Assembly (NCBI RefSeq): GCF_006345805.1
Contig: NC_042997.1
Location: forward strand, 23,870,001-23,934,000
Length of the DNA: 64,000 bases
Direction of reading: 5' to 3'
DNA from: Octopus sinensis
Lineage: Eukaryota
The notes under the pieces are model-generated. The model searched no databases, was not told the DNA's origin, and saw only the letters and a program-made list of their open reading frames with translations. Below are positions 12,034 through 25,213 of the stretch, piece by piece (within the stretch, counting starts at the first letter, position 1; each line of letters begins with the position of its first letter). Made by a program: the position numbers and the translations under genes.

Positions 12034-12399
12034 TGACCGAGGTTACCGTGGTCTTTTTCGTAGGCTTTTCTTCCCACGGATAAACCTTATCTGCTTTCCC
12101 CTTTACACCGTACATCATGACACTGTGATACACGATCCCTATTGATCGTTATTTTTTCCTCTCCCCCTCTTTTCCTCTTTTTTCTTCCTTTTTTATTTTT
12201 ATTTTCCTTTTTTTCCCTTTTTTTCTTTTCTTTTTTTTCTTTTTCCCCTTTTACGATCCCTTTTGATCGAAAACCTACGCCACTTTCTTTTGTTTCTTTT
12301 GCTTTTTTGTTTTTTTGTTTTTTTTCATCCCACAAAAGAAAAGCTTTACCTTGTAATTTGTCCCATCTGTGTGCAGCCCTGTGTGGCCAATAAAGAAAC

Positions 12400-12400
<1 letters not shown>
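12034..12400 (+). mobile_element. 3' end of a LINE-like element (Tx1-like, inferred) embedded in (TATC)n
   Basis: T-rich 3'UTR ending gcagccctgtgtggccAATAAAgaaact|tatctatc; (TATC)n on both sides; second copy at 20925-21196. Confidence 0.75.
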
Positions 12401-12485
<85 letters not shown>

Positions 12486-12490
12486 GTCTG

Positions 12491-12541
<51 letters not shown>

Positions 12542-12641
12542 GTTTGTCTGTCTGTCTGTCTATCTATCGGTCTATCAATCTATCTGTTGTCTGTCTATCT
12601 ATCTATATATCTATCTATCTATCTATATCTATATATATATA

Positions 12642-12673
<32 letters not shown>

Positions 12674-12695
12674 TCTATATATCTATCTATCTATA

Positions 12696-12749
<54 letters not shown>

Positions 12750-12772
12750 GTCTGTCTATCTATCTATCTATC
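12401..12772. repeat. (TATC)n/(TGTC)n/(TA)n microsatellite
   Basis: Direct. Confidence 0.95.
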
Positions 12773-13627
12773 TGATTTGTTCCGGTTCTTTAAAATATGA
12801 TTCCTTTGGTAGCAAACTTTGGCCATCACCCTGTGTACTCTGATGCAAGCATATGACTTAGGTCTCCTGTCTGAGATCAGCTTACTCCCTTTCGACTTTG
12901 CTCCCATCAAGAAACTCTGAAAAAATATAAAGCTCATAGGCTTGGCCTTCCCCTCTTTACTAAGCAGTAAAAAAAATGTGACTCCGCTTTCATCAATTGA
13001 TGCACCTTATAATAAATGTCTTCCAACTTCTTGAACTAACGCATGTCTCTTATTAAATTATATCTGCCCGCCTTTTGAAAAACCTTTTTCTGTTTCATCG
13101 TTGTTCTATCACTGCTTGTCTAAACTGCCTTTTACAATTTATATTTCACATTGTCAACAACACACTTTCCTTTCCTTACAAATCACAGCTTAGAATAATA
13201 ACTTTGAACTCAACGAAGTATTAATCATGCACGTACCATACCTCTGTTACCTTTGCTAACGGATTACTTCTACTTTTGCTATCGTTGTTTAGTTTTCATT
13301 ATATTTTATTTGATATTTGAAGCAATATTTCTCGAACATTTCATCATACTACTTAATTTCCCACGCAGTACCACATATCTCTCACTACATCTACATACAA
13401 TGAAGTATCTTAACGCAGCGAAATCGACCAGCTGGAAATAACAGCCAGTTCTCACTGAATTTGCTCCCTTAAGTCTCTTAAAAAACACTGAGGAACTTCT
13501 TTAATTTACTCTGAGATAAACTGTCTAAAAAGAGACTGTTGGTAATGGTTTGAACGTTTTTGATAACAGGTTTGTTGGATCAAGACTGTCTCCGAGTCAA
13601 GCGACAAGAATTACATTATATCGGTCA

Positions 13628-13790
13628 TAGTTCGTCTGTCTTTACGTTCTGAGTTCAAATTCGGCAGAGGTCGACTTTGCCTTTCATCCTTTCGGGGTCT
13701 ATAAATAAAGTACCAGTTCCGTACTGTGGTCGATCTAATCGACTGCCCCCCTCCTCCAAAATTTCTGGCTTTGTGCCTAGAGTAGAAAAG
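13628..13790 (+). mobile_element. SINE-A 5'-truncated, tail ggctttgtgcctagagtagaaaag
   Basis: B box gagttcaaattc and core are conserved. Confidence 0.85.
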
Positions 13791-14344
13791 ATCAAATCAG
13801 TTCTGCATAATGTTATCACACCAATGCTATCCTGCTATACTGAGATTAGCAAAGTAGCTAACGACCTAGAAGGTCAGTTGAACACGTCACCGACAAAACA
13901 ACTATCGAATTGCCTTGAAATCATACTTTTAAAAAAGAAGTGCATAACATTGATAGAAAAACAGTATAGAGAAAAAGGTATAGTCACGACTAGAAAGTCT
14001 TTGATGTGAGCATTGACCAAGTTAGAGTTGATCTAGCGTTGAGCTGTAGCAACAGTCTTTGAAAGCAATTTTACAATAATTTCAGCAGATCCTTATGACT
14101 GTGCAGATGCTTCTTTGTTGGTTTATGAGAGGCTCACTCTTTAATTAGATTGCAGTGAGGGTATGGTGATTGCTTTTCCAGTTTGAAGGCCTAATTACTT
14201 ATTATAGGGGGGAAAACATGTTCCAGAAGGTTGCAAGTATGAGAGTAAATGGGGTGATACTCAGTTGCTATTTCTAAGGAGCATGAACTAGTTTAGCAAC
14301 TACAAAAGAGATACAGACAGACACAGTACACAGGGCAGTACATT

Positions 14345-14440
14345 AGCTGTTGTTTTAGGCCCAAGTCAGCCTTGATTGCTAAAACTTACGACCAAAAGCA
14401 TTGCATGGTAATCTTTCATCTTTTCAAACACAATGTATCT
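14345..14440 (-). mobile_element. Family E tail fragment
   Basis: gttgttttaggcccaagtcag is the reverse of ctgacctggggctaaacaac. Confidence 0.4.
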
Positions 14441-14468
14441 GGGGTGGCGCCTTCCAATTTGTCCCTTG

Positions 14469-15050
14469 AAGGTGGTAAGCTGGCAGAAACATTAGCACGC
14501 CAGGCGAAAAGCTTAGCGGTATTTCGTCTGTCGTTACGTTGTGAGTTCAAATTCCGCCGAGGTCGACTTTGCCTTTCATCCTTTCAGGGTCGATAAATTA
14601 AGTACCAGTTCCGCACTAGGGTCGATGTAATCGACTTAATACCTATGTCTGTCCTTGTTTGGCCCCTCTATGTTTGGCCCCTTGTGGGTAATAAAGAAAT
14701 AGGTATTTCGTCTGCCGTTAACGTTCTGAGTTCTAATTCCGCCTAGGTCGACTTTGCCTTTCATCCTTTCAAGGTCGATAGATTAAGTACCAGTTACGCA
14801 CTGGGGTCGATGTAATCGACTTAATCCGTTTGTCTGTCCTCGTTTGTCCTCTCTGTGTTTAGCCCCTTGTGGGTAGTAAAGAAATAAGTATTTCGTCCGT
14901 CTTTACGATCTGAGTTCAAATTCCACTGAGGTCGACTTTGTCTTTCATCCTTTCGGGGTCGATAAAATAAGTATCAGTTGAACACTAGGTTTGTTGTAAT
15001 TGACTTTCCTCTCCCTCAAATTTTCTGGCCTTGTGCCAAAATTTTAAATC
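14469..15050 (+). mobile_element. SINE-A trimer (array 1): head + alpha + alpha + beta unit
   Basis: Unit starts (g)gtatttcgtc at ~14518, ~14702, ~14887; junction aaagaaata|(g/a)gtatttcgtc. Confidence 0.92.
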
Positions 15051-15498
15051 ATTATTAAACTGCAGCAGTATGTTTTGAAGGAAATTTAACTCGTTCTTGT
15101 ACTAAAGACTGTAGTATGTAATTTAAATGTAGATTTGTTAATCAGACAGATGACTCCTTCTTGAATGCTTAAGTATGTGTGTAGTAGCTGCCCTATTCAG
15201 ATGTGTGAGGTGTACTTTAGAATGAAATACAATTTCACTTTGTGGAGAACAGTAACTGTTCAGAGCTGAAAGAGTTTCTGTTCCTGAAGAGAAAGTCAAG
15301 TTTTGAGGAAATAACTTTTAGTTATATTAATAAATAACTAGAACTCCTCAGAGATTACGAGGCCTCACTAAAGTATTTTATGCACCGTGTTAATGGCATG
15401 ACTACAGATATATATATGTATATATATATAGCGAGAGATAGAGAGAGATGGTGTGTGTGTATGAGAGAGAGAGAGTGTGTGTGTGAGAGAGAGAGAGA

Positions 15499-15530
<32 letters not shown>

Positions 15531-15815
15531 ATCCGACAAGAATATAAGAACATATTTTTTGCACTCAAATCTCTGTACTTCTACAAACAGCGACTGTATT
15601 TGAATAAGAGGAAGAAACTAGCAGAAATCGCATCCCGATTTCAATCTACGGTAGAAATCATTTTATTTTACTCGCTCATTAAATACACTTGAGAAAGGTA
15701 AACATCAGAGTTTGCGACATCATCGACAGTGTGTTGCTTAGGGAATATATAGTATTTGCAAGTGGAGATAGCTTTCATCACTAACTGGTGGTTGACTCAC
15801 ACTGAGGACGGATTG

Positions 15816-16005
15816 CATTCAGAAACCTAGGTCTGTGAGTGTCACGTAAGGCTAGAGATGGGAGCGATGACCTCCCTTGCAAATGCTATATACGGACACA
15901 GACTATGTGTCGTTAGCCAGCTGTAAAAGATGTTTTCCTGGGGATAAAACAACAGTAGCATCGTCCTTTACAGGACTGACATGTTATGTTGACATATAAA
16001 CATTT
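15816..16005. other. Unclassified ~190-bp dispersed repeat, copy 2
   Basis: Homologous to 6842-7030 with small indels. Confidence 0.8.
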
Positions 16006-16492
16006 CTATCCGGTACTGTTATTGTATTTCTCTCGCTCAGAGAGTTAAAACGTTGTTTTTCTCGATAATAAATTCTTGCCTTTTCTAAAAGTACTCAATA
16101 TTCTAAGGTAGGATTTGAACCCAGGATATATTGAGACATGATTAATCATTATTCTATTAATTTTGTCATTCATCACTCAGTAATCGCGTCGATCATTTTG
16201 GGAATATTGTAGTTGATTTCATCGACCCACGCACATGACTAGGACTTATTTAATCGACCCAGAATTGATAAAAGGGAACATTCAAGTTTCTTGGGATGTG
16301 AAACCATGTTTAATTGTCAATAACCCCTTAAGAAAATGAATGGCACAAGGTTACATATCGTGATAAAGACTATAATTGATTAAATCTCTCCGAATATGAA
16401 AGTAGTATTTTATATCGACCTCGGAGATGAAAGGCAAATAGATTTTGATGAGATTTTAAACTCAAAATGAAGTGTTTGTGGTAACAGATATG

Positions 16493-16561
<69 letters not shown>

Positions 16562-16580
16562 TAGTAGTAGTAGTAGTAGT
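16493..16580. repeat. (TAG)n microsatellite
   Basis: Direct. Confidence 0.95.
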
Positions 16581-16639
16581 GTCATCATTAAAGAAATCGA
16601 TATTATTATTCAAACAAATCATTATTATTAAAGAAATTT

Positions 16640-16900
16640 CCATTTACCAGATTCTATGAGCGGTACCCCACGTTGCTCCAATGTTGTCTTGTCCCAATTC
16701 AGGCATCTTACCGTATGATTTCTTGAGAATCAGTTTTTCGATATCATTATTCCTGTGAAATATTCCAGTTAATGTCAGTAATTGATGTATTTTAATGTCT
16801 CTGGAGTAGATTTCCTCTATAGTCTCGTCACCCGCAGCCAAATTCTTAGTAGAATATTATCTTGAAAGAGGAAAACTCCAGTTGCCATGATATCCTATCA
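16640..16900 (-). pseudogene. Old R4/Dong-like fragment
   Basis: DIKIHQLLTLTGIFHRNNDIEKL resembles DRKTRKILTGSRMHHPKSDIERL; adjacent to an (ATT)n remnant. Confidence 0.55.
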
Positions 16901-17348
16901 AGTATAATATTCTTTTGTATATCTTGGTCTGCAGCACCTTTGTAAGACAGATTTTCAATAATGGTTAGATATTCGTATCACATCTTGAGCGACAGAGAGA
17001 TAAAATTTTTTGTAAAGTGTTTTTTCTAACGCTGACCTATCAAGTATGAACATATCCTTTGGCCCAGTTTTGTCTCTCTTTCAGCTATTATAAAATGTTA
17101 TTCACCCCGGCCGTTTCACAGGATTACATTAGCAAAGTAATTGTGGTCACTTTCGCGCCGCTTGCTGCTACAGATCGTAGCCTACACCTCTTTTGAATTT
17201 TGTAAAAGAAATGATAATGGATTTAATGTCAAAATAAATAAAATCACCGACAGTCTGTTTCCTTAGAATATTCCTTCTGATATATCGGAGACAATCGTTC
17301 TAGTGTAACAAGTGCGAGGGTTGTTGATAAATACTCGTAAGCTTTGTA

Positions 17349-17578
17349 GTGGAGGTGCGTAGCTTAGTGATTAGGGTGTTGGATTCATGATCGTAAGATT
17401 GTTGTTTCGATTCCTGAACTGGGCGACGCGTTATTGTTCTTGAGCAAAACACTTTATTTAACATTAGTTCAGTTCACTCAACTGGTAAAATTGAGTAATC
17501 CTGCGATCAACAGGCGTCTCCTGTAGGGAGAAGATATATACTCCACAGAAACAGGGAAATCGGCCCTATGAGTTTGTA
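17349..17578 (+). mobile_element. Older tRNA-derived SINE (family D)
   Basis: A-box-like tagcttagtga, B-box-like gtttcgattcc, body ttgagcaaaacacttt, tail cctgcgatc..ggcgtc..gaaacagggaaatcggccctatgag. Confidence 0.7.
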
Positions 17579-17585
17579 TGTAAAC

Positions 17586-17649
17586 TTTCCAAAGGCAACG
17601 GCTAAGGCAGCAGGTAATTTCCAATGGCAACGGCTAAGGCAGCTGGTAA
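17586..17649. repeat. 32-bp tandem duplication (30/32 identical)
   Basis: tttccaaaggcaacggctaaggcagcaggtaa / tttccaatggcaacggctaaggcagctggtaa. Confidence 0.9.
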
Positions 17650-18117
17650 CTAAGTTGAGAAAGAGAGATAAACTCTATTTATTTATTTTTATTTTATTCA
17701 TGTATTTTTTTTTTGTCATTAGTACAAAATGTCTTAAGATTTCTTAGGCTTTTATTTTTACTTTCAACAACGTAAAAAATAATTTTTTCCAGCACATTCC
17801 ACCTCACCAAACTGTTCACTTACCTGCCAATCAATTATGATCTTGCTGGACTAAAAATTGTGTTGGAGACGATTTAATCAAACGTATACTAATGTAATCC
17901 TTATTGTCCTTTGTACACCTTGATGATTTTCCTTACAAGGTATTTAAAACGCAAAATTATATATTTATATATGCTTTGTAATTTTCATTTTGTTTCTGAA
18001 ATGAAACAATTGTGGGTGAATATGTTGATTAATTAATAAATGAATTTGCATCCATTAGGTCTCTCTGTTTTCTACCTCCATAATAATATTTGATATTTTA
18101 CGATATTTTATATAATA

Positions 18118-18511
18118 CTAGCAGTATCCCCGGCGTTGCTCGGGTTTGTAAGGGAAATAACTATATAAGCTTTTAGAGAGTTATAGCCAAAAAATAGCAA
18201 AAAAATGCATTAAAAATGGAAAACAAATGATGGTAATTTTTTTTAAATCGTTGACTCATCGTAGACTTTTTAGAGAGTTACTTCCTAATATAATAGCGAA
18301 AAAAAATGCATTAAAAATGGAAAAAAATGATGATAAATTATTTTTAATCGATAGGACTCATCCTAGACGCGCGCTAATACCCAGAAGGGCTCGATATGAA
18401 TCACGACTATAAGATACCCGGTTTTGGTTAAACTGCACCGCAAAATGTGGGAGTAGTTAGGAATCTAAATCGTAGGAGACAGACACACAACTTCTCTTTT
18501 ATATATAAAGA
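18118..18511 (-). mobile_element. Non-autonomous Helitron, copy 1
   Basis: Minus strand a|TCtttatatataaaag ... hairpin cccgagcaacgccggg ... ctgCTAG|t; AT target, no TSD; internal ~98-bp direct repeat. Confidence 0.9.
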
Positions 18512-19058
18512 TATTCATTCAAGAAATATCACTTCAAAATATAATATATTAAAGCAGTGTATTTTGGAAAAATATCTCTATAAGCGGTTTAGATGTATCC
18601 TCATTGTGACTATATATATTACATCTCTGTGTGAGTTTGTGTGTGTGTAAGTATATGAATGTAGATAGGAATGCCTGTATGTACGGATGTATGATATATA
18701 CGCAAACAAGAAGACGTGGGCGTACTTAGTAACATTTCTACATCTGTACTCATATACCTCAATCACATAATACACATTACACACACGCACACACACACAC
18801 ATATGTGTGTGTGTGTGTGTGTGTGCATGTGTGTGTGTGAGTGTGTATTATCTCATTTTTCCTCTACGTTTCTGCATAACCCCTCTCTCACTCTCTCTCA
18901 ATTTATAAATGTGCATTCTGTACGTCCAAACGTATCTATAAATGTATTTTGTATTTATTGAGTTATTATGCCGAGTATTTACACCACCCACACACACACA
19001 CACACACACCACACACATATTATACGTACACTGTAACATTTTTATATATTTGTGGGAA

Positions 19059-19094
<36 letters not shown>

Positions 19095-19452
19095 CATTTA
19101 TATATATCTATATATATACATATAAATTTATATATATAATATATATATATATATACATATCATGCATTTGCATATATCCATTATATATATATGAATTATA
19201 TATGCATAAATATATAAATATATATTATATACAACACGTATATATATTTTGTATGTATCTATACATCCCTACACATATATTAGCATACATATATATGTAT
19301 ATATATATATGTAAATATATACATACACACATATGTTTGTGTGTTATATATATATGAATATATGAATATGTATACATATATATTTTAACAAACACACAGG
19401 CATACATACATATGTATATATATATATATATATATAGATATATATTATATAT

Positions 19453-19514
<62 letters not shown>

Positions 19515-19528
19515 CTATATATAGATAG

Positions 19529-19559
<31 letters not shown>

Positions 19560-19791
19560 TATATACCTACATATATACCTATGCGGTATACATATTTTGC
19601 AATAACAACAGTAAGACTCAGATTTTCTGTTGGTCTTCAGCCTGCTTCTGAACAGACCACCACCGATGACATAACTTTATTAAGATTTATTTCACATTCT
19701 TCCCTCTAGGCATATCATTTCACTCTAGATTCAGTTTAAACCAAATTCATCACCTTTCCTATGTATATGCATATGTCTATTCATGTTCTCT

Positions 19792-19891
19792 NNNNNNNNN
19801 NNNNNNNNNNNNNNNNNNNNNNNNNNNNNNNNNNNNNNNNNNNNNNNNNNNNNNNNNNNNNNNNNNNNNNNNNNNNNNNNNNNNNNNNNNN
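19792..19891. other. Assembly gap (100 N)
   Basis: Direct. Confidence 1.
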
Positions 19892-20282
19892 TGAGAACAC
19901 ATTCTTCGTGGTAATGGCGAGTTTAACGTCTATTTCTAGCATACAGGAAAATTGAATAAGGAGACGAATGCTCAGGATGTTGTTAAAACATTTATATCTT
20001 GAGTACTTTTCTTTACTTCTTTCGAAGGATGCACTCCAGCATTTAGCTACCTTGTAATTATTCCCCTGGATTTTTCCTATAAATTGCAAATTGTGTGGGA
20101 GGGGGCTGTGCGCGTGCGTATGTGTGTATGTATGCAAATGTGTAACCGTATATATGTCTGTCAGAAGCCTGGTGTCTTTGTGTGATTGTGTTCGCACGTA
20201 TGTGTATCAGAATGCACACACCCACACACGCGCGCGCGCAAACACACACATTCACGCACACAGACATACATATATATATATT

Positions 20283-20470
20283 TATTCTTTTATTCTTTTA
20301 TATATTTCCGCCGTCTGACTGCGGGCCATGCTAGAGCACCCACCGCCTTTTAGTCGAAGAAATCGACCCCAAGACATATTCTTTTTAGCCTGGCAATAAT
20401 TCTATCAGTTTCTTTTACCGAACCGCTAAGTTACGAGGGTGTAAACACACCAGCATCTGTTGTCAAGCGT
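20283..20470 (-). mobile_element. SINE-B 3' half, diverged
   Basis: gccatgctagagcacc..gtcgaagaaatcgacccc..ccgaaccgctaag. Confidence 0.75.
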
Positions 20471-20836
20471 TTGTTTCAACAATTGTTGGCTTACTAATGG
20501 TATAAACGTATTGGATTTAAAAAAAGAACAACATTAAATTGCGAATCAAAAGACATGATTAAATGATAGACATTTTTACGAAATTCTATAATATCCAAAA
20601 AGAACGGCGAATAATATGAAAAATGTAGATCAACATGTTTAAATGATTAAATGTTCTCAAAATTCAATATCACCAGAATTGGTCGGCGAAGAATATAAAA
20701 AATGTGGCTTACCTAAATTTCAGTCATACTAAGTCGAGTGAGGGGAGAAAAATGAAAAGAAGAAAGTAAAGAAAAGGGGTTTTGTTACAGTATATGTCAC
20801 CTTGTATTCTCTTTTCCGTCGCGTGAAGGGTTTTTG

Positions 20837-20924
<88 letters not shown>

Positions 20925-20925
<1 letters not shown>

Positions 20926-21196
20926 GTTTCTTTATTGGCCACACAGGGCTGCACATAGATGGGACAAGTTACAAGGTAGAGCTTTTCTTTTGGGGGATGA
21001 AAAAAACCAAAAAACAAAGGAAACAGAAAAAAAGGAGGCGTAGGTTTTTCGATCAAAAGGGATCGTAAAAGGGAAAAAAAGAACAAAAACTAAAAAAAAA
21101 GGAAAAGGAACAAAAGAAAAGAGAAATGAAAAAAAAACAGGGGGAAAAAGGGGAAGAGGAAAAAAAACGATCAATAGGGATCGTGTATCACAGTGT
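20925..21196 (-). mobile_element. Second copy of the (TATC)n-embedded LINE-like 3' end
   Basis: Homologous to 12120-12400; (GATA)n at 20837-20924 and 21197-21365; identical 3' junction. Confidence 0.78.
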
Positions 21197-21279
<83 letters not shown>

Positions 21280-21290
21280 ATAGACAGATT

Positions 21291-21366
<76 letters not shown>

Positions 21367-21683
21367 TGCGAGCATATGGACGTGCACACTCACGTATATA
21401 TGTACTCACATTGCTCTCAATTACAGCTTGTTGGTCATGCTGGGGTACAAAATGCAGAATATTTTTTATCGATTAGACCATCGTTGTCATAAAGGCTTCG
21501 GATAACAAAATCAGTCATATTTGCAAATGTGCATTTGTAGTGTAACACATATAAGTATATTGACCGATGTGCCGGCGAGCGAAACGACTTTTACACAGTT
21601 ACTTTTTCTTCTCTATCCCTCTCCATCTCTTTCTTTCTCGCTAGACATATCTTCTTCAGCCCCTTCTGCCTGTCTCTCTGTCC

Positions 21684-21690
<7 letters not shown>

Positions 21691-21726
<36 letters not shown>

Positions 21727-21887
21727 ACACACACTCACACACACACACACTCACACATACACACACACAAACACACACACACTCACACACACACACACAC
21801 ACTTTCACACACACACACACTTTCACACACACACACACACACTTTCACACACACTCACACACACACACACACTTTCACACACACACA

Positions 21888-21930
<43 letters not shown>

Positions 21931-21945
21931 ACACACACAGACACA

Positions 21946-21978
<33 letters not shown>
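21691..21978. repeat. (CA)n microsatellite
   Basis: Direct. Confidence 0.95.
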
Positions 21979-21980
<2 letters not shown>

Positions 21981-22759
21981 TACACTTTTGCTCCGGCTCT
22001 TTTTTTTTTTATTCATCTTTCTTTATCCTTCGTCACATCCATTATTTGTCTATGTTTTAAAAACAGTCACTTTACAAAATATACATCATGCTGTAAATAT
22101 CGATATTTCTTACACGAAACCCTCTTTAATATCGATCACTGGCCAATATCTTAGACAAACTTAGAACGCCAATGTCAGAAGATATCCAAGTATTATGTGA
22201 AGTTTTTGACGTTTATGCAAAACATATTTGTTTAGTTTACAACTGCTTCGAATTTATGTCTCTTCAGTTGAGAAGTTTGCAGACATGTCTGCGAATATTC
22301 CCATAACCACAAAATAATACTTTGCTTCAGTGTGCGTAACCTATTTTCTTTTTAATGACGAAGTCAACGGAGAAATGTCAACACCTGTCAATCTTTTTCG
22401 AGCATCTATGTCATGAGGGATGAAGGGTCGAATGGTCGAATTGCTTATCATACTGAAGATCAGACTGGAGCGTATGCATCAGATTTGGTTCCACCAAAGT
22501 CACACACCAACCAGCTGATGGTATTAGACTAAGCGATGCAGTAACTGGAGTAACTCTTCGGATGTGCTTCCACGCAGTTTCCCCTCTATCAGCTTTCAAT
22601 CGAAATTATATTAAAAATTAATGATACCCACACCTTGTTTTATTGATGAGTTATGTTGAGGAGTTATATCTTGGTAATATAAGCAATATCAAAGGCAATT
22701 AGAACTAATCACGTGACATGCAAGAAGGGAGTTAGAGCAAGATAAATGCTCATACATGA

Positions 22760-23030
22760 TAGTCAACGGCTTGTCTGTCCCTTTAAGGATGAAAGATACA
22801 ATTATCTCGGAATCGATGAAAATGTTGCATACGTTGGTGTTGTGACAAAAGTCAGAATAACGAAAGTGTACTTCTGTAGACTCCGAAAAATATGCAACTC
22901 GGAGTTGTCTGCATTTTCACAAGACCATATCTCACAATGTTTTTGCAGTACCATTGCTAGTACTAACATTAGGGATATTGGTCTGGACACTCGATGAGAC
23001 GCACAACACACCAACTTCAATTGAACAATT
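22760..23030 (+). pseudogene. Old R4/Dong-like RT thumb fragment
   Basis: RYNYLGIDEN..RLRKICNSELSAF / KTISHNVFAVPLLVLTLGILVWT parallels YKYLGI..RSILKTELNAKNK..NTLAVPVI..ILNWT. Confidence 0.7.
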
Positions 23031-23410
23031 TACAAACACTGAGAAATCTCTTAACTCAAAAGGTTTTGTCACTTTGTTCGCGAGTGGCATGATCTCTTTT
23101 AGGAAGCGCTTTAATGAAACCCAAAGAATTACATACATGCATACGTACATACATACATACATACATAAATACATACATACATACATACATACATACATGC
23201 ATACATACATACATATACATACATTCATACGTACGTACGTACGTACGTACATACATACATACATACATACATACATACATACATACATACATACATACAT
23301 GCGTCCCCTGTTGTCGATGTTGAAATTCCAATGAAGAAGCCTTGGATCAAGGTCAAAATACGGTTCTTTCTTTATTGGCAAGAAATCTTGAAATAAAACT
23401 GAATAATGAC

Positions 23411-23441
<31 letters not shown>

Positions 23442-23613
23442 CATACATACATACATACATACATACATACATACATACATACATACATACAGAAATGAAA
23501 TGATTTGGGTAGTGCACAGAATGGTAAACAGGTAGGAATAATAAAATTTGTTGGAAGAAGTGAATGAATTACTTTCTTTACACGCAGGTATAGAAAGTCA
23601 TAAAAGGTATAAA

Positions 23614-23839
23614 AGGCGGCGAGCTGGCAGAAACGTTAGTACGCCGGGCGAAATGTTTAATGGTATTTCGTCTGCGGTTAGGTTCTGAGTTCAAATTCCG
23701 CCGAGGTCGACTTTGCCTTTCATCCTTTCGGGGTCGATAAACTAAGTACCAGTTACGCACTGGGGTCGATTTAATCGACTTAATCCGCTTGTCTGTCTTT
23801 GTTTGTCCTCTCTAGCCCCTTGTGGGTAGTAAAGAAATA
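23614..23839 (+). mobile_element. SINE-A monomer, alpha tail, 15-bp TSD aggtatagaaagtca
   Basis: TSD at 23586-23600 and 23839-23853. Confidence 0.93.
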
Positions 23840-24000
23840 GGTATAGAAAGTCACCAAATTTTCTATGAAAATAAGAATTTGGAGACTGTGCATTTACTGA
23901 GGAACAATTCCTTCATTTCTTTCCTTTTAACAAACCTTAATTTTTACCACTGAGTGTGTGCGTGTGTGTATGTGTGTATGTGCGTGTGCCTGTGGGTGTG

Positions 24001-24041
<41 letters not shown>

Positions 24042-24710
24042 GTACGTGTGCGTGCGCGGGCAATGATATATATGAATAAATAAAACAAAATAATCCTCAA
24101 CAAAACTTACTAAATTGGCCAATATTTTCCTTATAATTTTACAATGTTCTCATTTCATAATTAGCATAATTATCACTGATAATTGTTATTTATATTAATG
24201 TTGAAATTATATTATTACATTATTTAAATTTTATTCATCGATTTATTTGCATTGTTCAGGAAATATTTGTTTTCTTTAGTAGTTTTTAGTTATATATTAT
24301 ATTTCTTGTAATTTAATTTTTTAAAAATTTCACTATGTTTTAGTTTTTCGTGAGTGTGAAGAAAATGCTCACATCTTGATTATTTGAATTTGTATTGGCT
24401 AATTTTACCAGAATATATTCAGTAACTAATTTACATTTTCTTCCTGTTTGCCTGCTCATATGTGTGTATGATTGTATGGTAGCGACAGAGAGTAGAAACG
24501 AGGGAGAAAAACATAATGAATGAAAGAGAGAGGCACAGAAAATACTAAATTTTTATTCGTATAAAAATCTCTTCACTCTCCATGAGCAATAAATGATGAA
24601 ATCCCGTATGTCGTGTCGTAGCTTTCCTCTCACTAGGCTACGATATTTACAAACACCGCCATATACTGAATAAATTGTAACCGAGCGATGTACTCAAAGA
24701 TAAAAACTAC

Positions 24711-25131
24711 GGGAGTGGCTGTGTGGTAAGTAGCTAGTTTACCAACCACATGGTTCCGGGTTCAGTCCCACTGCGTGGCATCTTGGGCAAGTGTCTTCTG
24801 CTATAGCCTCGGGCCAACCAAAGCCTTGTGAGTGGATTTGGTAGACGGAAACTGAAAGAAGCCCGTCGTATATATGTATGTATGTATATATGTGTATATA
24901 TGTATGTGTGTATGTTTGTGTGTCTGTGTTTGTCCCCCTAGCATTGTTTGACAACCGATGCTGGTGTGTTTACATCCCCGTCACTTAGCGGTTCGGCAAA
25001 AGAGACCGATAGAATAAGTACTGGGCTTACAAAGAATAAGTCCTGGGGTCGATTTGCTCGACTAAAAGGCGGTGCTCCAGCATGACCGCAGTCAAATGAC
25101 TGAAACAAGTAAAAGAGAAAAGAGAAAGAGA
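24711..25131 (+). mobile_element. SINE-B near full length
   Basis: Matches 8469-8912. Confidence 0.92.
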
Positions 25132-25213
25132 TAGAAATAATTTATTTTGATATTCGACTTTCAGATCCAAGAGCTGAGTAGAGTGAGTACAATTACTGAA
25201 ATATAATATACAT

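Noticed and set aside
14469-15050. CRISPR array or hammerhead retrozyme interpretation of the 184-bp units
   Set aside because: Units are whole-length repeats without unique spacers; there is no cas gene and no CUGANGA/GAAA core on either strand of the unit.
21570-21600. gaccgatgtgccggcgagcgaaacgac as a hammerhead
   Set aside because: Multiple core mismatches and no cleavage triplet or stem I.
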